From: Tubiluchus corallicola
Lineage: Eukaryota; Animalia; Priapulida
Length of the DNA: 64,000 nucleotides
Direction: 5' to 3'
Assembly: GCA_030141605.1 (NCBI GenBank)
Contig: JAQGDQ010000203.1
Coordinates: forward strand, 310,001 to 374,000
This document shows, one piece after another, positions 23,149 through 38,098 of this stretch. Position 1 is the first letter of the stretch, and the number at the start of each line of letters is the position of its first letter. A model generated the notes under the pieces. The model saw only the letters and a list, made by a program, of their open reading frames with translations. It did not search any database and was not told where the DNA came from. Made by a program: the position numbers and the translations under genes.

Positions 23149-24624
23149 TTTATTGTACATAAAACGCTTCTGCCTAGTCGTAAATACATGCCACAGTCAA
23201 TGAAATGTTTAGTGCACTCTATTGGAATAGAAATTTGAGGAAACACTGGTTACGTGGATTTCAACATTTTGATGACAAGTTATTGCGTTGCCTTCAAGTT
23301 CAATTTTTAACTTATTTCACGTTTTTGCGTCTTTCTGCCCATAAGTGTGGGCCACTAGGTTCAACAAATTATGCGGTTAACAGTTCTAATTTACGTGTGC
23401 TTTATTTTTGTATACTACTTATACACAGAAAACGATATATCAGAGTCACAATTAACAAAATAATAAATTTCACGAGAAATGATGTTGCAACAAGCTAAAA
23501 GTTTAAAAAGCCCGCCCAGTCTTACGACACTATGGGAATCCATCTTAGCAGTTATAGCTGAAGTTACAGTATTGAGATACATAGTGGTACTAATGAGCTA
23601 TCACCTTGCTCAAAGTCGTTGATTTCTGCATACCATGTAGCGTACCCGTATGCCAATGATTCTAACCCTGCAGGCCACGGCCTGTCAACCAGGACTTTTT
23701 CAATCTTAGCTTAATTTTATTCTGTGTAGGTTTGCAGTGTATGATGCGTTTTCTGATTTTGATTTTGAAGCACTGGCTAATGCACGACGTCAATGAGTGT
23801 GGTTTCATTGAATTCCCAAAATCCTTTAAGGTGAAATGCACAATAAGTTTAAAAAGAATAAAAAAGTAAGAAAGAATAATAAAAACTTTTATAAAGTCAT
23901 ATTAAAGGTAAAACAGCTCAACCTTGCAGGTATAAACATGTAAGTGTCCCTAAAGGGTAAATACGAACTGAAGCTTTCCTTATAAAGGTCACATTGTCAT
24001 TCAGTGATTAATCAATTGACTTAGTCTACAAAGCCAGTGGTCATTTTTCAATCGAATTTACGATGTGTCACACGACAGTTTATCTACAGTTCGCTTTCAC
24101 ATATTTTACATATTATCCTTTCTCAAACTACATGCTAATGATTTACATTCTATGTTTGAGTAATTACGGTATCATGCATATTACATGGCTAGCGTTGTTG
24201 TGAGAGTATTTGCAGCGTGATGTGGTTTTTATTGACCGTGCTACTCTCTGTACCTTACGAGAGCTTGTGCAGCGATATGTCATTGCGCCTGATCTGCATA
24301 TTTATACAAGCCGAAGCTGAGTGCATGATATGTGTTTAGAATATAATATTGCATGAAATTATGCTCTCAGAGAGATGGTAAACGTTGAAGTGGACATTTG
24401 CTATGATTTATAAGCTATGGGCAGAAAGTTGGACGAACGCCGTTTGCCATGCTATTAATTTCAAGAAGAAAGTTTTGTTTTCACATTTTAAAGAAATTCC
24501 AATTACGTTTAACTGCTGAAAGGCCGCAACGTATACATAATGTGACCAGTTAATTAAAATAAGTGATGAAAATTCTGCTATCTATTCATTCCAGGCATAC
24601 AATATGATATTAATATAAACGAGT

Positions 24625-25010
24625 GTTTAGGCAACAGGAATGGCAGAATGGTTACTATATGTGGTTGATGACCGAAGTTAAGCAACAATTGCCATAGTCA
24701 ATAAATGGATGGGTTACCACCGGGAGCAATACTCATTTTAAGTGGTTAAGATTTCACCGCCGTCTTAGTGTCATCTTGAGGTTAATCCCAATAATTACCT
24801 AGATACAGGTCCTGCCACAATGTTAATTAGGCTCTTTCATTGAGTGCTGAATCCCAGTGTGTAATGTCCTGAACTTTCTGAAGAATCATCCTACATGTAA
24901 CATATTTCTTACACAAAAATAACAAGTTTTCCATAGTTTCATTCCTAACGTCGCGTAGCTAATAAACAAGTTTACAAATAATCAACCATTAACTTTCTCC
25001 ACCAAATATT
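24625..25010 (+). mobile_element. 5S rRNA-derived SINE (SINE3-like) or 5S pseudogene with body
   Basis: 24666-24733 tgatgaccgaagttaagcaac...gtcaataaatggatgggttaccaccgggagcaatact follows the 5S internal control region (box A AGTTAAGC, box C GGATGGG.KACC); 5' part diverged; 3' limit uncertain. Confidence 0.65.
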
Positions 25011-25671
25011 AAAAGGTGTATTTCCACACATATCTTAATCTAATTTAAAAAATATATAATAATTAAATTTTAAAGTTATTAAAGTTAATAAGTAAGTAAA
25101 GTTATAATAAGCGTATAGAGTAACATGCACACGCGCCCAAGCACGCACACGCTCATGCACACGCGGTTAATATGTCTTGGGGTTGTAGGATAACGAATAA
25201 ATATTGGGCCAGAACCCGTTTTTTAAGTTCAGTTACAAAATGATTTGTCACATGGCTATGGCTATGGCCTTGAGCCATGACTATTTGGCTATAGAGTGAC
25301 TAAGGAGGTGTGTCATGACCCATAGACATCGACCTCGGGACATATAGGCCTCACCTTGTTATTAGTTAATGAAATTTTACATCTTTGTTGCAGTTCATCT
25401 TATTTTCAATAAACATAGCGCTTGTACAAGTCTATAATGTGTTTACTGCATTCTGATAATTACACGTAAATTAATATTCCCTTAAACTCTAACTGAATTG
25501 TCGTCTGCTGAATTCTACGTACACAATCACATTGTGTGAAGATTGTGGGTTCAACTGTAGCAGCCTAATTCACTGGCTTCAGAGGAAGAGAAATTATAGT
25601 TGCAGCCAGCAAGTGTTATGCTAGTAATAATTAGCACAGCATCTGCCTACTAGTCTATAGTTTCATACCTT

Positions 25672-25687
25672 TGTGCGCATGCGCACA
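25672..25687. promoter_or_regulatory. NRF1/Ewg-type palindrome
   Basis: Perfect 16-bp palindrome TGTGCGCATGCGCACA containing the YGCGCATGCGCR consensus. Confidence 0.45.
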
Positions 25688-28600
25688 CGTACCGGAATTA
25701 TAAATGCTGCGTGAATTGGAAATGAACGCATTAGACCTGTATAACACCTGTAGAATAAAGGCACCAGAACGCCATTAAATGGTGATACTTCATATAACGT
25801 AATTGTTTATACTGCGGTGGAAAGTAAATCTGATGTGTAGTATTGGGTATTAGTATCAACACAAGCGAAATTGGGTTGCCATGTAGAGCGTGACTGCGTT
25901 TATCGAATGCAGTAGCCTGGAAGTGGATTTCTTGGCTTCAATTTAAGTGTAGGCATAGGGAGGCCAGGATAAACAAGATTTATGTGCTGAGGTTGAGAGG
26001 TTGACACCGGAACTGTGCAGTGTGAGACTCGCTGAGTCCGTTGCTGTTACCGTTACCTTGGTGATTCTGGTATAAGGGCGATTGGATGCTGCAGCCATGG
26101 TTACCCCAGCTGATTAGCAGGTATTTGCCCATTGTACGTAATGTTAGGTAGGCATGCTGTACGTATTCTCAATTAGCATAGTTATATCAGCCAAAAAATT
26201 TTATATAAAAACGCAATTAAAAATGGCTCAGTTGATATTTTGCTAGTGCAATTAAGTAACACATTGTGTTGTCTACAAAGCGTTTTTACTGTACATTTAC
26301 TTTACCTTCTCTTAAAAGGTTTACTTTTAAAGTTAGTTAACATGCAAGTACCGAATTTACTTGCATATTAGTATAGTTGAATATACTTGTAGAATCTCAG
26401 TATTGTTTCTGAGATCAATGAGAAAGCCAGATCCTCGGAAAGAAAGAAGCCAGCCTGCAACCAAAAGGAACGCACTGTCATTTCAATTATGAGTTCTTGG
26501 TGTATTTTCGGTTGTGTAATTTTAGCTCTGCTAACTGCATGGTTGAAGGTTCTGTTGCTCGCGTAATGGTTTTCCACAGACCACACAGGAATTTCACGGG
26601 AAAAATGTTTGTCCGCGGCAACCAGCTACTATACATAGCCGTGTAGTCGCTTTTAGCTATTTATTGTTTTATTCAACATTATAGCTTGCTAGAACTGACT
26701 TTTACGTTATTCACAGTATAAATTTTTGTAGCTTTATACTCAAATAAATTCAATTCAATTCAATTCTACAAAACCAGTAACGAAATAGTAACAATTTTAC
26801 ACAGTTTTAGGTGAATATTATGCAAATAGAATATCTAAAAACTTTTATTACCTTGGTACTTGCCAGTAATATCTTTAAGCTGAATAGTAGGTTAGCTGAA
26901 TAGAATGTAGAACTTTTCTGTATTTATGGTTTGGAGTGCGGAAATTTGAGCATGTAAATGTAAATGTGTGGAAAAAATGGAAATGTGGCTTAACAAAAAC
27001 GTAAAGTTGGATGACCTTTTCAAATTCGATTCGCGTTTTTGCTATGTTCTTGTCTTGGGCTTGTACGTGTCGTATAGCAGTATATCTCAGCTTAACTGTG
27101 AGAAACCGCACTTTGCCATATTTCTGCTGGTTTTATAGTAACAGAACACCACCATAAATAATTGAAAAAGCTCACAGTCGGATGTTGATAGCAACTATAC
27201 TGCGTTCATTCACGTGTGTGTGTTTAATTAGCCGATCAGCATCCCTAGAGAATCATATGAAGCCATAATGATACTGCTTGAACTTCATTGTAACACCTAA
27301 CAGTACTCTGTGTCTCTAGATGTTAGAGGATGCTGAATCTCAAGCGACTTATGGGCAGGTAATTGGTTCTAATCATCTGGTCGTGTAGATTGTATCCTTG
27401 GCTGATTGTGTGTCGCTAAAATTGTCTGAAATAACTGGAAAGATGACAGCCAAGATGGCCGTAAATTGAATCAAATTGCAAGATTAGGTGGGTTTCGCTG
27501 CGATGTAGAATGTTTGAAAGATGTGCTTGCATGTTAGAAGAGCAAGTTGTAAAAATCATTCACCAAACTACACTAAGTAGATAAGATGAGAATTTAGACA
27601 CTAGGGAAGTTGCAAATATGAAAGACGTGGAAGAGATTTAAATAATAACTGGTCACAGTGTTTCTGCGTTTCTCAGAATCCTGATATCTCAGCTTTGTAT
27701 ATACTAATTTATGTCATTGCACCTTTGCATGTATGTGTAAGTTACTTAACTTGGTCAAAATGTATGCATATGCTGCATAACCCGTGTTCACAATAAGAAA
27801 CGAATGATTATGATATTAAATATGTAATTAAAATTAATTACGCAATTAAAAATTTGAAAAAGGCGAAATGTGCTATTGATACGTGATGTGTGATGTGTTT
27901 TAATGGTAATGATAAATTTCTCATTTCAGTTAAAAATGGTTTATCAGTACATAAAAGCAACTTATTTGTGAACTTTGTAACTAGATTTCGTGTTGAGCGG
28001 CTATTCAAAAACTAAATTTAATTTTTTTTATGTATTTCAGTAAACTCTATTATGGAAAGCCTTAGCGAGATGCTAATATGTAGTTAGATTCAACACACAT
28101 CAGTAACCGATTTTATACCATACAGTAGCGCCATTAAGGCGTCAGTAAGCCTATTATAATTATTGAAGTTCATTTTTTATTAAATATTACCTATTTACCC
28201 ACGCTCGCCTATAATTATATCGTAACTCAATATGTTAATCCATCATTTAGAATTAATCCAACCATTTATTTTCAACCTCGTCTCATTTTATCCTTAACTT
28301 TCTATCTAGGCTCTACGTTTGTCACACATCCCAGCTTTCACTGTTGCTAAACCTTTCTGCGACTTAAATGCCATTTATAATAAATGTACTACAATAATGT
28401 ACACTTGTAATTTTCTTATTAGATATGAATCACATCCGATAAGTTTTGGTATAGGGATTTCTTCCTGTTGGGAACATCAGTATAATTTATGTTTATGAAA
28501 GTATGTAATCTATCTACCATGGATAATCTTAAAACAAAAATACAGTCGAAACGAGTTGCCACCTTAAACTATAAGACTGGGAGAATGGAACCGAGTAAAA

Positions 28601-29335
28601 CAAGAGGAACTTTTTAAACAATCAGAGAAGGTAATTACATTCCTAGTGCGATATTTCGACAATGATAGTTTGTCGTGAGTTGTGAAACATTTGTTAGCTT
28701 ACTGAAATGATTCCGAGTCAACTGATGGGGATAATTGAAAATTATCACTTGTTGCCCGGCAACTTCAGCTTCAGCAGCGGCGCCGCGCAATTTTCATCGC
28801 CTTTAGTCATCAACTCTACACAATTTCACGACAACAGATGAATTGATTATTATAATTCTTTAAAATAAAACTTGTTTATAAAGTAATTTCTTAGCTTGAA
28901 ACGAACGAATGTCAGAAATATTTTTAAGTATCCTTGGAGGCAAATTAGTTTAGATTAAGAATTTCATTTCACGTGAAGCGAAGTGAATATCTGCGTGATC
29001 ACGACGTGTTCTTCGTGACGGAAGTTAAGAACAGGTGAAAAAATGCTCACGCAACCTCAAGCCGAGCAGTGATTGAGAACTACTTGCAGATATGTTCGAC
29101 AGCAACAACAATAAGTGGTTTTTGGTACAACGTACCTCTTGCGGCAGCACTTCCTGAAGTTTGCCATTTTGGGGTTGATTTTATGCTTCCTGTGTAATTT
29201 GTTTAGTTCTTTTAATAACAGAGCCAGATTCTTAACGCATTCTACTAATTTCCTCATAAAACGTTAAAAAAGAGAATAACATTGGCGAAAAATGACGAAA
29301 AAAAAAATGATCAAGAAAAACAAACACCATCACTG

Positions 29336-29374
29336 CAACAACAACAACTACAACAACAACAACAACAACAACAA
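29336..29374. repeat. (CAA)n microsatellite
   Basis: About 13 units, one variant. Confidence 0.9.
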
Positions 29375-29882
29375 GTACGTCGATCAAAAAATATCATACT
29401 AATTAACATTGCAGGCCTACAGGCTTCTTCTTTAAGCTTAATTTTTTTCCAATAAACATTGATACTGCTGCTACTGCAGTGATGTTTTTCCACGATGGGT
29501 CGAAAGTTTATACACAATAATTACAAACCCCGCGGTTTATTGACAGTAATCTGTTGTCCAACGAGTGATTGTTAACCGTCTTTATCGTTCTGCATGGAAG
29601 ATGCTCTCATGTCCAGCCGTTTCGAGAGGCGGTTGAATAACTTGAATACATGTGACAAAGAAATTTCTGCGAATTTATGCTTAATGATGTAAAGTGATTT
29701 TATTACTGACACTTCTATATTAACTTGTGGTGTACCTTATAGGCGTTCTGAGCTTGTATGAAATTTTAGTTATCTGACCGATCCACTTATGATTGTTTTT
29801 GGCTCATAATGGCAACACGAGAAAAGTTTTCACAGTTTATATGACCTGCTATAATTAAGTAAACGCACAACAGATGTAACAT

Positions 29883-29885
<3 letters not shown>

Positions 29886-29920
<35 letters not shown>

Positions 29921-29931
29921 GATTATTATTA

Positions 29932-29998
<67 letters not shown>
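29886..29998. repeat. (ATT)n microsatellite
   Basis: About 37 units with two interruptions. Confidence 0.97.
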
Positions 29999-29999
<1 letters not shown>

Positions 30000-30368
30000 A
30001 GAGGCACAATTACTATAATTGTTATTTTGTGATAATAATAATAATCACCATACTAATGCTCTCCCAACTGCATAGTGACGCCTTCAACTAGTATTTGTTT
30101 CAGTAACTGGTAACATTTTCATAACTTTAGATATCTTGCTTTTAACTTTGTTTTTTTAAATTTTATGCATAAACACAAAATAGACGCCAACCAATAAATT
30201 TCTTACACTTGCCGGCCAAAAACAGACACTGTTAATCAATAGCAAGTTAGTTTAAGATTTTGTTTTCTGGTGCTGTGTTTAAATTTTCACTTCTTAAGTG
30301 TAGTTAATTTGTTTAACTTCTTTGTGTAAAAACATATATTTGCAGGCCTAAATCAACATTTGGGTTAA

Positions 30369-30565
30369 TTGGCGTTTATGTAGCTTCCGGAATGCGCATG
30401 CGTTATGGGAGTGCGAAGTAGATGAAATCAGTTTATATTATTTTCAATGCACCCGTTCATATGACCTGCGTTATGCGCTATTTTTTTCTGCAGTTATTTC
30501 TTATTAATTTTTTTATTCCGCAGGCGGAAACGCATAACGCGTTCCGGATGCTACATGAACACCAC
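30369..30565. mobile_element. MITE family A, copy 1 (PIF/Harbinger-like ends)
   Basis: About 34-bp imperfect TIR ggcgtttatgtagcttccggaatgcg / cgcgttccggatgctacatgaacacc; second copy at 57857-58033. Confidence 0.8.
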
Positions 30566-31080
30566 TAGTCTGCTGTTTAGGAATTCTCACCCGTAACATA
30601 TTATACGGGTTTACAGATCCCGTCCGGCAAAGAGATTGGGGAATCTACTCGTATGAATATTTCATGAGTCTTCAAATATTTCACGAGTGTTCACGGTAAC
30701 TCCTGGAAAAGCGGGAAACAATATCAATTACTGTAGACTACTTTGATGGCATAAAAACATTTTGATATCGCGTTTGCTGCATCAAACAGATATAAAGTAG
30801 CACTTTATTGGCCAAAACAACGCGCAAGCAAACACATCGAGAGCCTTGTAGGTGATTTTAACTTCTGGAAATATCAGTGTAACAAGTGCACAATACGCCA
30901 ACAACTATTATTCTGATCATTTTTGCTACCGATAACTGCAGCCAAAAAAGAAGGTGCAGACATAGCACTACTATCATTATTTAATTTCAGCTTAAGTTGT
31001 TTAACCAACGATATCATCCCCTCCTCCAGAATCTTTGCACTGATCACGCAGTTAACTATTAGTCGCTTAATTTAAATACT

Positions 31081-31210
31081 AGTGGTAGTGGTAGTAGTGT
31101 TGGTAGTGGCAGCGGTAGCGGTAGCGATAGTGTGCAGCAGCAGCAGTGGCAGTGGCAGCAGAAGCGGCAGCAGCAGTAGCAGTAGCAATAGCAGTACCAG
31201 TAATAGTAAC
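31081..31210. repeat. Compound (GTA/GTG/GCA/GCG)n trinucleotide low-complexity tract
   Basis: Mixed triplet run. Confidence 0.85.
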
Positions 31211-34200
31211 TCAACCTTTTTGCAGAGACACTTAAATAGAACACTTAAATTTGTTTTGACTTCCTATCAGTCGAATACAATCGTATTGCAATAAAAATAC
31301 ATCATAACGTTTTAATTATATCCATTTGAAATTTCTTTAATTCAACTAATTGTTTGTTAGTGGCACAAACTCTGTTATGATTTGTTATAAATCTGTTAAT
31401 CATAGAATGAATAAAATTGGATCCAATTCCATAGATGATTGAAACTAATGTGATGTAACTGTATTTCCATAGCCAAAGATTTTAGTATTGGCTGCAGGGA
31501 GCTGCTTAAAGGTGCACCTTAAATTCCGGTTAAATCCAAAACAAGATTTGTAAAACACTTTTCAGCGGAACACTAAACTGCATTACAATTCGATTAACAG
31601 GATGTGCATTCTGCCATCTTAAAGAACTTAGCTTCCCAAAAGTCACCGCGGGACGTCCCATAATGCGCTGTTAAGAAAAACATCTCAGCGAGACTGGGCA
31701 AAGAAAGGTTTTTCGTACATCTATGTAGACGGTTTGAGATGCAGATGGATGCCACATGCTACGAAAAAACACATCTCGTTTTAGCTTATCCTTTCCTTAT
31801 GTTCCTGTGGTGTGGAAGGGAGGTAAGGATGGTTCGGAAGATGTTCTTCGGTTAAATCCATTTTTAAAATCTTATGTAATAGTCGTTATTAATCGACCAA
31901 TGTAACTGCGCAATAGCCTACACGATTTGCCGTCCGATAAGGGGTCGCTATCTTGAAAAGTTATTATAATTAAAACGGGCTCTAGGCAGTTTGATGTCCT
32001 AGGCGAAAACTATTTGTAGCGTCGCCTCCTCAGCGGTCAACCCCCTTCCTTCATGGTTTTCATCCCACAGCCAAAATTGAATTTTGTTGCATGTATAAGT
32101 AGTACTTGTGTGTTAGGCTAATACATGTATTATAATGTGCTAATTAAGTGTAGTTAATTAACTATCTACAGCATGTGTTGATTAAATGTAAAATTGAGTT
32201 TATGACCCAATTATACGTCCTGGATGTTCAGGAGCAATGAAAATTTCTTCTATTTTGCTAACACTTTTCACGTACATGCTTTTGGCTAGATTTTTCCTGA
32301 ATCTTTCCATCAATAAATTTTTGAAACACCAACTTCTCTTTTTATATCTATTTCACTAGTTTCATCGTCTTTACAACCATAACTCTGGTCTGGTTGAAAA
32401 TACTGACGTAGACATTCGATATAAGTAATTGTACTTCCAAGAGTGGAACTCATTTATTGTTTTAAACTAACTGTGTTCCTGTTGTATAGTTTTATCTTAT
32501 GTGTATAGTTTTGTATTCTGCATTTCCTAATCGTTTTATATAGTACTCTACATATTGATTTAAATCTAAAATGAAATAAAATAAAATAACATAAACATCT
32601 TTAGTGAATTTGTTTGTTGTTTAGTGTCCGCCTTTCGTTTCCTGTATTACGCTTCTGAAGGTATATTCGATTCTTATATGTTTTTCCGCTACAATTAGGC
32701 CAAGATTTTCCTATTGCGAAATCTTCTTGTTAGACAAACACTTTTTTATTAACAGGAGTAGATGCAATATGAACTGTAGGCAAAAGGAGGGAAATAACGT
32801 AATATTGGGAAACCAATTAAAACAAAAGTGGAAAGTGTTTTGCTGCAGGTCAGTGTCGATGAATCATACATTTTCAAGAAATTTTTGACACAAATTAACA
32901 CTTTGTACACAAAGAAATTTAGGCACAGTGACACGAGCTGAAGTTGAGTAGTGGTTATTTTGGACATACAACACCTTGCAGATCACTCTGCCTGTGATTT
33001 TAGTACGAAGACATTTGACAAATAAGGCGAAAGTACAAAACGAGTTTTTTGGAGCTGCTTAAATCACAAGAAGACACCCGTCATAAATAAAAAAATTGTC
33101 TTGAAATTTTTTGTCATTGTCTTATTGCATACAAACTTGCGCTAGCAGTAACACTGTATAAAACTTTTAAATTAAAACTCCCGCGATGACTGTAGGTGTA
33201 GCAATTTTAACCATAAGTCGTTTGAAACAAATTTAGATAACATTGCATAAAGTTTGAAAAAATAATAATCAGAATAGTTGTAGCACACTTTGTGCTAACT
33301 AAGCAAAAGTAAAAAATCACCTTATTTTGTTAGTAAGATCAATAATGTGTTTTGGTCTCGAAATTTCCGAAAATTCAGAACGACTGTTCGTATTTCTACA
33401 TATAAAATTGCAAAAACAGGTTTTTATCGCCGTATTTCAATTCCAATTCTTATATGTTAAATTTTAAACTTAAATTTACTGTATTTGTTGCTTGTCTATG
33501 ATAGCACATTGCTGCTTTTTAAACGTTCTACATAAAAGTTTAAAAATTGATACTCAAATTGAAAACTTTATCTTTTCCCAATTACTAGCTAAGCAGCATA
33601 AGCTAGAGGAAGTGTGTCTGACTCTAAAAGCTGATTATAATTTTGAAGCGGAAGTTTGTACCGATGCTTCTTTCGTAATTACTGTGCAATGACCATGTTT
33701 CTTTGACGCGAACGTTGCCATATAAGTAATTTTGACTTTTGGAGCACAGTGTAACTTGGACGTCACAAAAGCTCTCTGCAAGAATCATTTACAGTCATCC
33801 ATCACAGCGCAGTCGTTAGTCTGCTGTGTGCTAGTTTAGAAGCCAGAGTTTTTATGGCTTCCCAAAGATAAATGAATGTTTTCAGCTGCAAGAGCGCGGC
33901 CTGACGCAAAAAAGCTAAAAACATCGTTGACCCGGTTTTAATGCCTTTGCGCATGCGGGGCGAACATTTTACTTAACATGCAAAATTTGTAAACATATTT
34001 TCACTTGTTTTTTGGGTGATGTGACACCTACCATCGTGTATAAACGACTTTGGACTTGCTGAATTGTAAAGAAGATTGAACGTTGTTCGGTAACACGGTT
34101 ACACAGAAATTTAGGTACCTCTTAACTAGCGGATCTTGGTTTAATTACTGTTATTCGTATATCTGCCAAGCACTCAACTTCTGCGCAAATATTTGCTAGG

Positions 34201-35189
34201 TTTTGCTTAAGTTTTTGTTTAAGTTTTGACGTAAATCACTTACACTTGGCTATACATTTGCTTACACTCCTTTCACCAGCTTATTTTTAAATCTGCTTAG
34301 GTTACTCATCTACTTTTACTTGCATTAGTTTTGTTAGTATACCTTGATTACATTTGTTTACATTATTTACACTTGCCAACAGTTGCACACATTACTTCTG
34401 TTAGGTTATTTTGTTTACATTTGTTTATATAGTTACATTTACTTCAATTTGTTGGCATTGCTCCTATCGTCTTACTTCGTTTACACACGCCTACATCACT
34501 TACCTGCTCCACCATACCACTACATTATGTCTGCTAACTTACTTTGTTGAATTTGCTTAGATTACTTACCTTAGATTATAATTCCTTTTCATAGTACAAG
34601 AAAAACATAGTATAAAACTTATTCATTTAAACTGTTACCTACGTTTTTATGCATCTTTTTGTGCAAAAATCGTTCTAATTTTAAAATAGATCAACCAAAA
34701 ATTTCTAGACTTTGCACAACTCACTTATTGGCTTTCTTTGTTTGCAAAATGTTAAAATGGTTTTTAATTTGTACTATAATTCTGTAAATATTTATTGTGT
34801 TTTACATCCAGCTAATATTTACTAAATTTTTATAAACGTGAAACAATAAATTGAGTTTCAAATAAAAAAATGTAATAGGAAGTTAATTGTTTCCTAAGAA
34901 TAAAGGCAGCTGCAGTTCTACTAGCATGAGAATACACGTAATAACATGACATGATCAGTCAAACGTCTTGAGAATAATAAATTTCTCGTAAAAGCGTTAT
35001 TGTCCAGAGTAGATTTATTGTATGTGCAGCTGAGCGTAGTTATACTGAGTATGTAGCCTTGGACTATAGTGCGAGAGAGAGAAAGAGAGATTGAAATAAT
35101 ATTTCGAACAGTTAAGTTCATATATTTACAAATCCACGCAATTTCACACAAATACATACATGAATAAATGTATACTTGAATAATTAAAT

Positions 35190-35515
35190 AACTTGGTGTC
35201 AATATTGTAATGCTGGCGATGGTGTCGATTCACTGCAGTACACTTCATTGTAAAACGTGAATTAGCGAAAAAACAGAGAATTTTTGTAAAATGAACTGGC
35301 CAGAACCCAGTGTGCTCCATGTTAATTCTACGGAACAGGTGCTGAGATGTTAATCGCATCTGTCAGTCAGCCAGTGGAACCGATGAGACCACTCCATATC
35401 ACCTACTCATAGCTGCTATTCAATGCCGATATGGAATGGCTTCGTAATGTATTAAACCATCACAATGTGGTGGTAGGGGTGAAAAGAAATGTCATTTCGC
35501 CGCCGTAACTATTAG
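35190..35515 (+). mobile_element. tRNA-derived SINE-like repeat, copy 2
   Basis: B-box-like GTGTCGATTC near 35222; body collinear with 14783-14960. Confidence 0.6.
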
Positions 35516-38098
35516 CTAAAAGTTTAAACACAATTGCTTTTTCGTTCTCAGCATTACAGACAGACAGTTCTAAACAGATTGTGTTGCACTTTGTTGCCTA
35601 TATAATAAAGTTCCCCACTTCTTTCTAATTATGCATGGTGAAACAGACATCACTTTTAAACATACAAATTACATTTGAACTGCTGTTCGTACGGATTAGT
35701 AAGCTATTTACATATCTTCTGTGTATTACCACGAATTATTTTAAATTTAGTTGTATAGACATAGATCTGCGAAATAGTCGATATAAAATTTTTCAAATCT
35801 TCTTTATTTGAATTTTTTCACAAATCTTTGCGTTTGTTTGTTAAAACATCTGTCAGATCATACAAATCACCAGATATGTTAATGGAATTAAACATAATTG
35901 TTATAATTATCACAAAAACGAGACAAAATAGAGATAATTTAAACTAATTTTTAACCTTAAGTAGCAATAGTTATCCAGAAGCTATGAAAGCAAGACACTG
36001 ACAATAACTGTAGAGGCAAGCGAATTAAACTCTCTACCGGTACACGCCGAAAAGCCAAGATATGTATGGTTGTGGAAATGCGACTAACCCTTCTAGTCCT
36101 ATCACCAGAGGCTCTGAAAGGGCAAATAAAATAACTTGAGTAATGGCTTAAACCGCTTGTTGACTTATCGTCAAAAATCTAAATACACTGCACCCTGTAA
36201 TGGTGCGAGTAATTAATTAGTCAAGCTATAAATAGTACAGCTGCGTCACCGTGCCAATAAGAGACTTGAAATGACAGTATTTCTCAAGAATGATTAACAT
36301 CTCAATGTGAACGCGTTACGAGCAGCTATCTTAAAAGGCGCTGTTATTGCTGAATAAGTCATTTTGACTTCGATGGTCGAAATGGAATGTCGGGTACCAT
36401 ATCTGACTTCATCATTTACAAATAAGGGAATGATGTGGTATTTTTGATTGATTAAATAAGAAGGAACGTTGGCTAAACAATGTTGGACGCCCCCTGGGTT
36501 TGTAAAACGTCATCTGAAGCTTTTAGTCCATTTCTAACTTTTACCCTGGCGACTGGCGTGCTGTCCATGCTTTTAGTGGGCTTCTAAGTTTTGTCCCAGT
36601 GAGATTTCAACGCTGAAATGTTCGTCTCAGCCTCTTACATCAGTTTATGATTAACGTCATTATCAAGGAAACGATGCCATGGCATATCGTTGTAGTTCTA
36701 AAACTGTGCAAGAAGATGTAATATTCCACAGGCTCTGAAATGCTCTAAAAGTTTTGTTATTGTATGGCGAAAGAGGCGAATTCATACATTTAAGCCGCTA
36801 GACATAATTTACAGGATTTTTTAGACACGGTACAAGAGCAAAAACTACAGCGTCTATGACTTGAATCAAATGAAGACTACACCCATTCAAATGAGTGTAA
36901 CAAACCACAAGTTAAACTTTCTATCTTCTGTGTGTAAAGCCCCTACTGTGCTCTAGAGTCTAGATAATCTGGATCCAGGCGGAAACGCATTTTAATTGAT
37001 GTTATTAGTTTACTATCTGCTTATATCAAGTATGGCATGGCAACACACTGAACATCTGATAATTTACACTGACAAGCTGCTCAGTAGGGAAGCCTATACT
37101 CCTGTTTAGAATATACATGTCTTCCATGTTGTTTAACAAGCTGCAATCCACTTTTCTAGTTTATATTACTTTATAATTGCAGGGAATACGATATCAGCGG
37201 GGGGCATTTCCACCAAGGTAGTCCTGCCAACCTTGTCAACCAAAAAAAGGTTAAACCTTAAATTGTAAAAAATGTTTTGCAATAATGACGGTGTTGGTGT
37301 GAGTAATGTAGATCAGGATGGTGTATCATCTAAGATAATGATCATAGCGATGGTGGAAGCAATTGTGTTAGGGGTGGTAGTGAGAGCAGCGATGGTGACT
37401 GTTATGGTGTAAGAGGGAGTATTAGTGATGAGAATTCTGTAATTTATAAAGGAGACAAATCACTCAAATCGAACTTGTTGTTAAAGTTTGCAGGGGCAAC
37501 CTCGCGAATATTCTTTTAGATTCGCCATGATACAAGATTTTTACATTATAGTCACATACGCGATTAGTTGCCAATAGCCATTAGGTTCTCTATCGATAGG
37601 TATAAATTACACTGCAAACCATAGCTGCCCACAGCGGAAATAGAATCTAACCCATACCCACTAGCCTGGCTAATCTAGTTTCCAAAATAGCCACATACAC
37701 ATAAACAACCGCGTTCTGTTCTTGTCGTCCGCTAGGCCAAAATACAAACTATATCGCTCAGAGTAGACGTTTGTTAGGGTTGCCACTTAACAATGTAAGG
37801 GTCACTCATGCAATGCGCTGGAATGTATATTGTATTATCCTGTACTTGTATGTCAATTTAATTAGAAAAGAGTTGGTGACAACAACACGTGACCTGATGT
37901 AAAAATATTAAGTAGCTGCCAGGCCGTTGCGCCAAACTCTTTTCTCTGACGTGTGCCGTGATGTGATATGTAAAGGAATGCAATGCAATGTAGTGCAGTG
38001 CAACATATGGTGGAGTAATAGTATACGAACAAAATGATTTGTAATGGTAGTATAAATGGGGACAGCATTTTATTTCTGAAAATTTTAATTGTTGCTAA

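Noticed and set aside
24625-24745. Functional 5S rRNA gene
   Set aside because: The 5' third is diverged and the terminal helix cannot form; treated as a derived element.
28660-28850. Large imperfect palindrome (ttgtcgtga/tcacgacaa and tgaaaatt/aattttca)
   Set aside because: Arms are short and asymmetrically spaced; possibly a repeat relic but not supportable here.
31059-31294. Poly-Ser/Val and poly-Cys ORFs
   Set aside because: Trinucleotide low complexity without splice or domain support.
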